This document shows, piece by piece, positions 10,250-18,719 of a stretch of 64,000 nucleotides of DNA. A program made the position numbers and the translations under genes. Origin of the DNA: Bacteroidales bacterium (lineage in GTDB: Bacteria; Bacteroidota; Bacteroidia; Bacteroidales; VadinHA17); contig DATKTA010000035.1 in the NCBI GenBank assembly GCA_035531395.1, positions 72,736 to 136,735 on the forward strand. Reading direction: 5' to 3'. Below the pieces are notes generated by a model. That model saw only the letters and a list, made by a program, of their open reading frames with translations, was not told the origin of the DNA and ran no database searches. Every line of letters starts with the position of its first letter. Within the stretch, counting starts at the first letter, position 1.

Positions 10250-12514
10250 TTATTTGCGTTCAAAATCTTTTTCAACAAATGATGGCCTGAACTTCAAAAT
10301 AAAGGCTGGAATGATAAGAAGAGCTCCAATGAGACACGAACCTATCGAAATGAATACCATGTACCCAAAAAACCTGATTGACAGGAATCCCGAAAACATA
10401 AGAACTGAGAAACCTGCCATGACTCCCATTGCATTTATAATAATACTCCTGCCTATTGTAGTTATTGCAGTTTGGGTAGCTTCAATATAACCTATCCCTT
10501 TTTTAAAATTCAGATTGAAGCACCATAAATACTGAATTGTAAAATCAACCCCAACACCAATCATTATTGATGAAAGCAAAGCTGTTGCTGCGTCAAGGGC
10601 TATACCGGTCAATCCCATGAACCCGAAACCTATCAATATAGAAAAAGCCAGAGGTATTGATCCTGTCATCCCTCCTTTGAATGATCTGAAGATAATGGAA
10701 AGTAGTATAAAAACCGTGAACAATGCCAGTATCAGCGAAGATGCCTGTCCCTTAATTATCTCTCCTGCAAAATCATCCATAATTATTGCATACCCTCCGG
10801 TTACTATTGTAGCAGGAAATAATCCGCTGAATCCTGAAATTTCTTTTTTGATCAGTTTAATATTGGCATTGCTTGCATCAGATAATTTGATAAGTACATG
10901 AGCTTTAGTGTTTTCAGGATTTATAAGTTGTTTAAAATCGTCAGGTTCACCGCTCATATAATAAAGCTCAAACATCTGGGAAATCGCTTCTTTTGAATCT
11001 GGTATTGAATTATAACCTTTCTCATCTTCCGAGAATATAGCTTTACTCATTTCCCTGATTGCAAGGGATATGGAATACACATCGCCAACTCCATCCATCT
11101 TTTCAATATCCCTTGTCATATTGTCAATACCTTTCATTACTTCAGGACTGAGGATGTCACCTTCGAGCATCACTGAAATGGTCTGTGATCCTCCGAATTT
11201 TTTGTTTATCAATTCAGATGTCATTTTAACAGGATGTTTTGCAGGGAAATAGTTCTCCTGATTTGTATCGATCCTGATAATCAATATTCCAGTTGACAAA
11301 ATTATTGTCACCAATGCAGAAATTATCAGTATTTTCCCACTATGCTTAATAATAAACCGGGATGTCGCTTTTAGTAGTTTATCAAGTAAAAGATTCTTAT
11401 TATCAGACTTGCTTATTCCTGAATCTCCCGGTCCTGTCTGATAAATCAATGAAGGAATCAACATCAGGCTCATAAACAGGGCAACTGCTACTCCTGTTGC
11501 AGCAAGTATTCCAACTTGCCTTGCAGGTATAATAGAATGAGTTAATAAGCCAAGTATTCCTGCAATTGTAGTCAATCCGCTGAAGAGGATGGGCATATTC
11601 AGTGACCTGTACAACCTGCGTAGAACTTCTCTGCCTGACAGTGATGGCTCGCTTCTGATAATTTCCTGCTGCCTGGCTGTCAGGTATATGCCATAGTTAT
11701 TAGCTACAGCTACCATTATAATAGGTAACAGCAATGTAATAATCGACATTTTCCATCCGATCAGGGGCAACAATCCCATGCTTACAAAGGTTGATATCAT
11801 TACAACAGAAAAAGGCATAATTACACTCCTCCATGAGCCAAGGGTAATTTTCAGAATTAAAAGCATTATGAGGAGTGCCAACGGAACCAGCTTGATTGCA
11901 TCTTTTCTGACATCAGAAATAATATATTTCCTGATATATGGAAGTCCTCCTGTCCTTATTTCCATCCTTGCAGGATTACATCTTATTATGGAATCTATTT
12001 TTCTGAGAGTTTCGGTCTCCGGTATATTCTTATCTATAAATGCTGTTATTGACGCCGAAGTCATATCATGGGAGAAGACAATATTTTCAGCAAACCTGTT
12101 TCCGGTAACTTTCTGCTGCAGTTCCCTGGTCTCATCACTGTCTTCAGGTATTCTTTTAATAAGTCTCTCAGCAATCATGGCACCTTCCTCACTTTTTATT
12201 GATCTGACTGTAAAAGGAGAGGTCCTGCTTGTTATTCCCGGCATGCGCGACAAGGCCCGATCGATATTCCTGATTACTTCAAGGTTTTCCCTTTCAAGAA
12301 TGGAACTGTCTGTAAACAAAATAACTACCATATCCTGAACGCCGAATTCATTTTCAATTGTATCAGTATCTATTCGTGATTTCATTGAGGCAGGAATGTA
12401 GTTCCTGATCTCCGGGTCGGTTTCCGAAAAAGGTATAATTATTCCGGAAATGATACCCAGAAGGATACATGAAGTGATTATTATCCAGCGATTCCGGATA
12501 ACAAAATCAGTCAT
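10250..12514 (-). CDS. MMPL/RND-superfamily membrane exporter (two 6-TM bundles)
   Basis: About 750 aa with two hydrophobic blocks separated by large soluble loops. Start moved to the ATG at 12514, 4 nt after the upstream gene's stop. Confidence 0.75.
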   Translation of the reverse strand: MTDFVIRNRWIIITSCILLGIISGIIIPFSETDPEIRNYIPASMKSRIDTDTIENEFGVQDMVVILFTDSSILERENLEVIRNIDRALSRMPGITSRTSPFTVRSIKSEEGAMIAERLIKRIPEDSDETRELQQKVTGNRFAENIVFSHDMTSASITAFIDKNIPETETLRKIDSIIRCNPARMEIRTGGLPYIRKYIISDVRKDAIKLVPLALLIMLLILKITLGSWRSVIMPFSVVMISTFVSMGLLPLIGWKMSIITLLLPIIMVAVANNYGIYLTARQQEIIRSEPSLSGREVLRRLYRSLNMPILFSGLTTIAGILGLLTHSIIPARQVGILAATGVAVALFMSLMLIPSLIYQTGPGDSGISKSDNKNLLLDKLLKATSRFIIKHSGKILIISALVTIILSTGILIIRIDTNQENYFPAKHPVKMTSELINKKFGGSQTISVMLEGDILSPEVMKGIDNMTRDIEKMDGVGDVYSISLAIREMSKAIFSEDEKGYNSIPDSKEAISQMFELYYMSGEPDDFKQLINPENTKAHVLIKLSDASNANIKLIKKEISGFSGLFPATIVTGGYAIIMDDFAGEIIKGQASSLILALFTVFILLSIIFRSFKGGMTGSIPLAFSILIGFGFMGLTGIALDAATALLSSIMIGVGVDFTIQYLWCFNLNFKKGIGYIEATQTAITTIGRSIIINAMGVMAGFSVLMFSGFLSIRFFGYMVFISIGSCLIGALLIIPAFILKFRPSFVEKDFERK

Positions 12515-12518
12515 TCTG

Positions 12519-13928
12519 TCAGAAATCAATCCTGATGGCTGCATAGAAGTTATTCATAAAATCATCAACCAGGTCATACAGCGACCCGTCAATACCTCTG
12601 TAATATTCAAAACCGGTAATAATGGAAAGTCTGTCTGACGGTTTTATTTTAATTTCAGGAATTAATACTAAATCCTTTGATGTTATATTGTACATTGCAT
12701 TAAGTGATGGAGCCAGCCTGCCATAGGCAAGATCAGTTTCAATTCTGGTTCCAAATGAATGGTAGCACCTTTCTATCTGATAATTATAAAGTCGGTTAAA
12801 GGCGCTTACCTGCTGTCGTATATACTCCCCGATGTCAAAACCCGGATCGGCAACAAGCTGTCCTATCATTGTAAAATCAAGCTCTGTACCAAATACTGGT
12901 TCCGCTGAAGGTGTTGTATAGTCAAGGACAGATTTTCCACTATATTCAATCATAAATCTCCAGTTGTTTATTGAATAATCAACTCCTGTGACCCATGAAA
13001 TTTCAGGCAGAGGGACATATTCAAACTCCTCGTATGAAAGTAAGGGATCAGACCAGGCTGTTTCGCCCCGTATGCCAAAATCAGCGATTGATGACTCAAA
13101 ATCAAATCCGATTACTCTTGTTTTGTAAGGTTTGAATGAGAACTCCACAAGCGGTTGAGGTACAGTACCTGATATCTCAAGTATAAAACTGGTAAGTTTC
13201 ATCCCGGGCATTGGATCAAATCCCTCAAACCATGAAATGCTTGCATCAATATGCTTAATACGTAAGTCTGTCTTCAGACCATAGGAGAACATCTCTTTAT
13301 CAGACAGAAGAGAGTTAATTTGATTAATTGTAACAAATTCAGGTATCGGGATCGGATCGATTAAAAGAACTGAAGACCTGTAATATGGCACTAATGCTGC
13401 CTCAAAGCTCATAAAATTAAATGGATGCAGCTTGAAATCTGCCATAATATTTCCCATATCCATATCTTCTCTTTCCGGAGATCTGATAATATAGTTTTGA
13501 GGATTTAATCTTGATACCGGGTTGACAAAATCAGTCTTTCCCCATTTAATTATCTGTTGTCCGGCAGCAATGTCCCATTTCTTTCCATATACCTTCACAT
13601 AAGCTTCATGTAAATATATTGAGCTGGCAGGTTCTTGAAATTCAACTCCATATCTGAATCTCATATCAGCAAATGCTCTGAAATTAACGTCATTGCTTGT
13701 GTTGATTTTAAGTGCCAAATCTGAAAAAGCACTAGGCATATATGGTGTGTTTGAATCATCCTTATCAAGGGCTGCATAACAACCGCCCCTGATAAAACCA
13801 TATATCTCAGTATTTTTGACTATTCCATCAGAAGAGATTTCCGGATTTTCAGTTTGTCCTGCAAGCGATTTATAACATGTCAGGAGAAGAAAAATCATGA
13901 GCATTCTAAAAACAATCCTCATAGTCAC
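12519..13928 (-). CDS. Outer-membrane beta-barrel protein (DUF1302-like), function unknown
   Basis: Signal peptide, alternating aromatic/polar beta-strand pattern, C-terminal ...AAIRIDF. First gene of the OMP-MMPL-LolA-like operon. Confidence 0.55.
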   Translation of the reverse strand: MTMRIVFRMLMIFLLLTCYKSLAGQTENPEISSDGIVKNTEIYGFIRGGCYAALDKDDSNTPYMPSAFSDLALKINTSNDVNFRAFADMRFRYGVEFQEPASSIYLHEAYVKVYGKKWDIAAGQQIIKWGKTDFVNPVSRLNPQNYIIRSPEREDMDMGNIMADFKLHPFNFMSFEAALVPYYRSSVLLIDPIPIPEFVTINQINSLLSDKEMFSYGLKTDLRIKHIDASISWFEGFDPMPGMKLTSFILEISGTVPQPLVEFSFKPYKTRVIGFDFESSIADFGIRGETAWSDPLLSYEEFEYVPLPEISWVTGVDYSINNWRFMIEYSGKSVLDYTTPSAEPVFGTELDFTMIGQLVADPGFDIGEYIRQQVSAFNRLYNYQIERCYHSFGTRIETDLAYGRLAPSLNAMYNITSKDLVLIPEIKIKPSDRLSIITGFEYYRGIDGSLYDLVDDFMNNFYAAIRIDF

Positions 13929-14032
13929 TTTTTGATATAAAGTAACTATTCAAAATTAAGCGCGTCGTCTGAGCCGCTTGTCCCGAACCAATAAAATGAT
14001 GAATTATGTTCGTCCCGAGCGGGAAGAACCTT

Positions 14033-15160
14033 TTACCTTGATACGCCTGTTATACTCTCCCTGTATTTACTTGGAGTCATCCCGGTTTGTGATTTGAAAA
14101 TTGAATTGAATGTTGTCTTTGAATTAAAACCTGAATCGTAGGCAATTGCAAGAATAGTAAAGCTATTATTCTTTGGGTCTTCAAATCTTTCAATTACTTC
14201 CTTTACCCGGTATTCATTTATAAAAAGGAAAAAACTCTTTCCATGACGCTCATTTAAAATCTGGGTGAGGTAGTGACGTGGAATATCTGTTAATTGTGAA
14301 AGATCATGTATGCTCAGATCCCTGTTAAGGTACGGCTTCTCAGATTCAACATAATTAATTAGCTTTTCCAGATAAGTTTCTGCCTGGCTCTCCTTAAGTC
14401 CGCTCCTTGCATACTTTTCAGTTTCTGCATCATTCTTGTCTTCCTCACTGAGATGTATCTTTTCTCCGAAAATTACAGGCTGTTTAATGCCATAAAAACT
14501 ATATACAAAGGTAAATAATGTTATGAATCCAAATATCACGAAATAGGGATCAAACGGGATGTAATTGCCAATCATGTTTATTCCGCCCAGAATAAACACA
14601 ATAAAATAAGCTGTATAGAAACTGATTGACAAAATTTTCAGCCAGTTAAGGGTTAACATGCCGGAAGTATAGGAAACAAAATTCTTCAGATTATCCTGGT
14701 GACGTCTTATCACTATAAATGATAGTATGCTGTATAAAGTAATTGAAAGAAAAAAGCATATTCCGTAGACTATCCTGAGCGATATCAACTTATCAGGAAC
14801 AAAAAAGCTTCTGAGATCCCTTACCAGAGGTTCGGTGCGGAATATTACCGATACAACAAAAAAGCCTGCAAAAGGAAGAAAGTGAAGCAGGGAAAACCAG
14901 TTGAATTTCCTGTCTGGCTTTGTTATATGGATCACATACAGATAGAGCAGTGGCCCATATGTAAATGTGATAAACTGGAATGAGTACATTTCGATCACCT
15001 TGCTGTTGATCAGGGCAAAAATCAGCTCTATACATATTAAAAACAGCCAGGCTGACATAACTCTTTTCGCAGTTGTAAGCGGCTTACTTGTTGCAATTAG
15101 CAGACCTGCAAAAAAAGACTGGGAAATTCCGATGTACAATACAGGATCTATATTAACCAT
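14033..15160 (-). CDS. AraC-family transcriptional regulator with N-terminal multi-TM domain
   Basis: C-terminal HTH (LSIHDLSQLTDIPRHYLTQILN...GFNSKTTFNSIFK). The N-terminal ~230 aa contain about 6-7 hydrophobic helices. Start set at the ATG at 15160. Confidence 0.8.
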   Translation of the reverse strand: MVNIDPVLYIGISQSFFAGLLIATSKPLTTAKRVMSAWLFLICIELIFALINSKVIEMYSFQFITFTYGPLLYLYVIHITKPDRKFNWFSLLHFLPFAGFFVVSVIFRTEPLVRDLRSFFVPDKLISLRIVYGICFFLSITLYSILSFIVIRRHQDNLKNFVSYTSGMLTLNWLKILSISFYTAYFIVFILGGINMIGNYIPFDPYFVIFGFITLFTFVYSFYGIKQPVIFGEKIHLSEEDKNDAETEKYARSGLKESQAETYLEKLINYVESEKPYLNRDLSIHDLSQLTDIPRHYLTQILNERHGKSFFLFINEYRVKEVIERFEDPKNNSFTILAIAYDSGFNSKTTFNSIFKSQTGMTPSKYRESITGVSR

Positions 15161-15301
15161 GGAACAATATTCTGTGATGATAATTATCACTCAAAGATAA
15201 CCAATACCCGACATTTATTAGGTATTTTTGAAAATGCAATCAGAGTAAATATTATATTGCACCCACAAATTTTTTTGAACAATTAACTAACTGTCACGTA
15301 T

Positions 15302-16180
15302 ATGAGCGTTCTTCTAAACAAAGATTCAAAAGTTATTGTACAGGGCTTTACCGGTAGCGAAGGTACATTTCATGCAACACAGATGATTGAATACGGAACT
15401 AATGTTGTAGGAGGAGTTACTCCGGGAAAAGGAGGCCAGAAGCATCTTGATCTGCCAGTCTTCAACACTGTAAGAGAAGCTGTTGAGGAAACAGGTGCTG
15501 ATGTTTCAGTAATCTTTGTACCACCGGCCTTCGCTGCTGATGCAATGCTTGAAGCTGCTGATGCCGGAATAATGCTCATTGTAACAATAACTGAAGGCAT
15601 TCCTGTATCAGATATGATTCTTGTTAAAAACCACATTAAATCAAAAAAATGTCGCCTGATAGGCCCTAACTGTCCTGGTGTTATAACTCCCGGAGAGGCA
15701 AAGGTTGGAATAATGCCGGGTTTTATACATAAAAAAGGTTCTGTGGGAATAATTTCACGATCAGGTACACTTACATATGAAGCTGTGGATCAGGTTACCA
15801 AGATGGGATTGGGGCAGTCAACCTGCATCGGTATCGGAGGAGATCCAATTGTAGGCACAACTACACTTGATGCAGTTAAACTCATGATGGAAGATGATGA
15901 AACGAAAGCAATTGTTGTTATAGGTGAAATCGGCGGAACAATGGAAACAGAAGCTGCTGAATGGATCAGGGAAAACGGGACAAAACCGGTTATTGGCTTT
16001 ATTGCCGGACAGACTGCACCTAAGGGTAGAAAAATGGGACATGCAGGTGCAATAATAGGAGGTAAGAATGATACAGCCAGCGCCAAGATGGAGATTATGA
16101 AGGAGTGTGGAATAAATGTGGTTCAATCACCTGCTGATATTGGTAGCACAGTCTTTAATGCTCTTAAGGAAAGGCAGTAA
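15302..16180 (+). CDS. sucD: Succinyl-CoA synthetase alpha subunit
   Basis: N-terminus [23 protein letters not shown] and the phospho-His region MGHAGAII. No sucC is adjacent. Confidence 0.92.
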   Translation: MSVLLNKDSKVIVQGFTGSEGTFHATQMIEYGTNVVGGVTPGKGGQKHLDLPVFNTVREAVEETGADVSVIFVPPAFAADAMLEAADAGIMLIVTITEGIPVSDMILVKNHIKSKKCRLIGPNCPGVITPGEAKVGIMPGFIHKKGSVGIISRSGTLTYEAVDQVTKMGLGQSTCIGIGGDPIVGTTTLDAVKLMMEDDETKAIVVIGEIGGTMETEAAEWIRENGTKPVIGFIAGQTAPKGRKMGHAGAIIGGKNDTASAKMEIMKECGINVVQSPADIGSTVFNALKERQ

Positions 16181-16266
16181 AGGCTGTAAAGGCCATAGAG
16201 GCTGCAGGTTATGAAGTAAAATAGTCTCTAAAGCATTTAAAGCCTCTAAAGCATTTAAAGCTTTTT
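16171..16266 (+). terminator. Long imperfect hairpin with tandem 9-nt word arms plus T-run (sucD terminator candidate)
   Basis: 5' arm is aaaggctgt/aaaggccat/agaggctgc. 3' arm is an 18-mer (ctctaaagcatttaaagc) x2 followed by ttttt. tagaggct pairs with agcctcta, with further imperfect pairing beyond. Confidence 0.55.
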
Positions 16267-16299
16267 AATATATTTGCAGCAATTCTAAAAATAAAAAAG

Positions 16300-17046
16300 A
16301 TGAAATTACTTGAAGGAAAAACAGCGCTTATAACCGGAGCATCGCGTGGGATTGGTAAGGCAATAGCTTACAAATTTGCCATGGAAGGCGCTGACTTAGC
16401 CCTTACAAATATTGCTGATGATGAAGATTTCCAGGCTACAATCAAGGAACTTGGCAACCTGGGAGTTAAAGTGAAGGGATATGTATCCAATGCTGCAAGT
16501 TTCAGCGATTCGCAGCGTGTGGCTGATGATGTGGCAAAGGACTTTGGAAGAATCGATATCCTGGTTAACAATGCAGGTATCACAAGGGATACTCTTTTAA
16601 TGAGAATGACAGAAGATCAGTGGGATACAGTTATTGCTGTCAACCTTAAATCTGTTTTTAATCTCACAAAAGCTGTTCTCAATACAATGCTCAAGCAGAA
16701 GGGCGGTTCGATTATTAATATGAGTTCGGTTGTGGGAGTGTCGGGTAATGCAGGCCAGAGCAATTATTCTGCATCAAAAGCCGGAATACTGGGATTTACA
16801 AAAAGTGTTGCAAAAGAGGTAGGATCACGAAATATCCGATGTAATGCTATTGCCCCCGGATTCATCATCACAGAGATGACAGAGAAACTTCCTGAAGATG
16901 TTAAGACCGAATGGGCAAACAAAATACCGCTGAGAAGAGGTGGAACCCCTGAAGATGTAGCGAATACAGCTGTTTACCTTGCATCGGAACTTTCTTCATA
17001 TGTGAGCGGACAAACAATTCATGTATGCGGAGGTATGTTAACTTAA
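16300..17046 (+). CDS. fabG: 3-oxoacyl-ACP reductase (SDR)
   Basis: TGASRGIGKA cofactor motif, NNAG, and the YSASKAG catalytic region. 248 aa. Confidence 0.88.
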   Translation: MKLLEGKTALITGASRGIGKAIAYKFAMEGADLALTNIADDEDFQATIKELGNLGVKVKGYVSNAASFSDSQRVADDVAKDFGRIDILVNNAGITRDTLLMRMTEDQWDTVIAVNLKSVFNLTKAVLNTMLKQKGGSIINMSSVVGVSGNAGQSNYSASKAGILGFTKSVAKEVGSRNIRCNAIAPGFIITEMTEKLPEDVKTEWANKIPLRRGGTPEDVANTAVYLASELSSYVSGQTIHVCGGMLT

Positions 17047-17071
17047 AAATATTTATTATATTTACAAAACT

Positions 17072-17160
17072 GCAGGGCGCCTATCCTTTTAGCACGAGGA
17101 AATGCAGCGAGACATATTTATTCCACACTTATTTTAAACGGGCGCCCTGCTTCTTTTTTT
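17072..17160 (+). terminator. GC-rich 10-bp stem enclosing a 59-nt loop, followed by a T-run
   Basis: gcagggcgcc (17072-17081) pairs with ggcgccctgc (17141-17150), then ttcttttttttt. Lies between fabG and the M48 peptidase gene. Confidence 0.5.
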
Positions 17161-17166
17161 TATAGC

Positions 17167-18402
17167 ATGACAATGCATAATTTAATCTTCTACCTTGTAA
17201 TAATAATTCCTGTTGCAGGGTTTTCTATTGAAAGATATCTCGACTACCTTAATTCGAAAATGTGGTCAGATACTCTTCCGGATAAACTTATTGGGATAAT
17301 TGACCGGAATGAGTATAAAAAATCACAGAAGTATAATAAGGAAAATAAAAAGCTCTCTTTCTGGTCCTCTTCATTCAACCTGATTGTGATCCTTGCAATG
17401 ATACTGCTTGGCGGATTTTCATTAGTTGATACAGTTGCCAGGGAATTCAGCTCAAACATGATTGTAACTGCCCTGATCTTCTTTGGAATAATCGGACTTG
17501 GATCTGATATTATAAACATTCCGTTCAGCTATTTTGACAACTTTATCATAGAAAAAAAGTATGGATTTAATACAATGACAGTCAGAACATTTATTACTGA
17601 TCACTTCAAATCCTGGTTTATTGCTCTAATTGTTGGAATTCCTGTGCTTGGACTTATTACCTGGTTTTATTATATGACAGGGCCAAGCTTCTGGTTATTT
17701 GCCTGGGGACTGATAACCCTCTTCTCTGTTTTTATTAATCTCTTTTATTCAGAGCTAATTGTGCCTCTTTTCAACAAGCAGGTTCCTCTCAAGGATGGAC
17801 CTCTCAGAAGTATGATAGAAGAGTTCGCCGGTAAAACAGGTTTTAAACTCAGAAATATATATGTTATTGACGGATCAAAAAGAAGTACAAAAGCTAATGC
17901 CTACTTTTCAGGTTTCGGCCCAAAAAAAAGAATAGTGTTGTATGATACTTTGCAAGATGAATTGACTGACGAAGAGATAGTTTCTGTTCTTGCACATGAA
18001 ATAGGACATTACACCAAAAAGCATGTTCTGCAGACAATTGCCCTTTCCATAGCTGTTACAGGACTTATGCTCTTCCTTCTTTCACTTGTAGTAGATAAAC
18101 CTTTACTTTCAGGCGCTTTAGGATCAGACCAAACAAGTTTTCACCTCGGGTTAATAGTATTTGGGATACTCTACAGTCCCCTTTCTCTTATTATTGGCCT
18201 TGCCACAAATTATTATTCACGAAGAAATGAGTTCGAAGCAGACAGTTTTGTAAAGGATAATCTTAATCCTGAGATCCTTTCATCGGCATTGAAGAAACTC
18301 TCGGTTAAGAACCTTTCAAATATGATGCCGCATCCGGTATATGTTTTTTTCCATTATTCTCATCCCCCTTTGCTAAAGAGGTTGGAAAAATTAGAATCAT
18401 AG
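17167..18402 (+). CDS. M48 family zinc metalloprotease (Ste24/CAAX-protease-like)
   Basis: Multi-TM N-terminal half, HEIGH zinc motif (LAHEIGHYTKKH), 411 aa. Confidence 0.85.
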   Translation: MTMHNLIFYLVIIIPVAGFSIERYLDYLNSKMWSDTLPDKLIGIIDRNEYKKSQKYNKENKKLSFWSSSFNLIVILAMILLGGFSLVDTVAREFSSNMIVTALIFFGIIGLGSDIINIPFSYFDNFIIEKKYGFNTMTVRTFITDHFKSWFIALIVGIPVLGLITWFYYMTGPSFWLFAWGLITLFSVFINLFYSELIVPLFNKQVPLKDGPLRSMIEEFAGKTGFKLRNIYVIDGSKRSTKANAYFSGFGPKKRIVLYDTLQDELTDEEIVSVLAHEIGHYTKKHVLQTIALSIAVTGLMLFLLSLVVDKPLLSGALGSDQTSFHLGLIVFGILYSPLSLIIGLATNYYSRRNEFEADSFVKDNLNPEILSSALKKLSVKNLSNMMPHPVYVFFHYSHPPLLKRLEKLES

Positions 18403-18425
18403 ATTATATTTGCGCACTGTCACAA

Positions 18426-18498
18426 GCCTCCTTAGCTCAGCCGGTAGAGCAGCTCATTCGTAATGAGCAGGTCGTGGGTTCGAGTCCCATTGGAGGCT
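18426..18498 (+). tRNA. tRNA-Thr (anticodon CGU)
   Basis: Hand-folded cloverleaf: acceptor GCCTCCT/TGGAGGC (one T-T mismatch at 7:66), D arm GCTC..GAGC, anticodon loop TTCGTAA, T arm GTGGG TTCGAGT CCCAT. Confidence 0.85.
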
Positions 18499-18505
18499 CT
18501 CTTAA

Positions 18506-18603
18506 TTCGCTTTGCGGATTGACGATTGCAGATTATGGATTTATTAATAAATTTGGCAGACATTATTTATAAATCCGAAATCGGAAATCAAAAATCCGAA
18601 ATT
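18506..18603. repeat. Heptad-periodic imperfect hairpin between the two tRNA genes
   Basis: 5' arm is gcggatt gacgatt gcagatt atggatt (18514-18541). 3' arm is aatccga aatcgga aatcaaa aatccga aatt (18572-18603). The GATT/AATC cores are complementary. Confidence 0.7.
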
Positions 18604-18610
18604 GGTTAAT

Positions 18611-18682
18611 GCGGGAGTAGCTCAGTGGCAGAGCATCAGCTTCCCAAGCTGAGGGTCGCGGGTTCGACCCCCGTTTCCCGCT
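18611..18682 (+). tRNA. tRNA-Gly (anticodon CCC)
   Basis: Hand-folded cloverleaf: acceptor GCGGGAG/TTCCCGC, anticodon loop TTCCCAA, T arm GCGGG TTCGACC CCCGT. Confidence 0.88.
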
Positions 18683-18687
18683 CTTAT

Positions 18688-18719
18688 CCTCCGAAGCTGT
18701 AGCTAAGGAGGTTTTTTTT
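18688..18719 (+). terminator. Rho-independent terminator after the tRNA pair
   Basis: cctccgaagct gt agctaaggagg hairpin followed by tttttttt. Confidence 0.75.

Noticed and set aside
15302-16180. sucD without an adjacent sucC as evidence of an unusual operon.
   Set aside because: A gene can be unlinked from its partner for many reasons, and sucC may lie elsewhere in the genome. This cannot be evaluated from one window.
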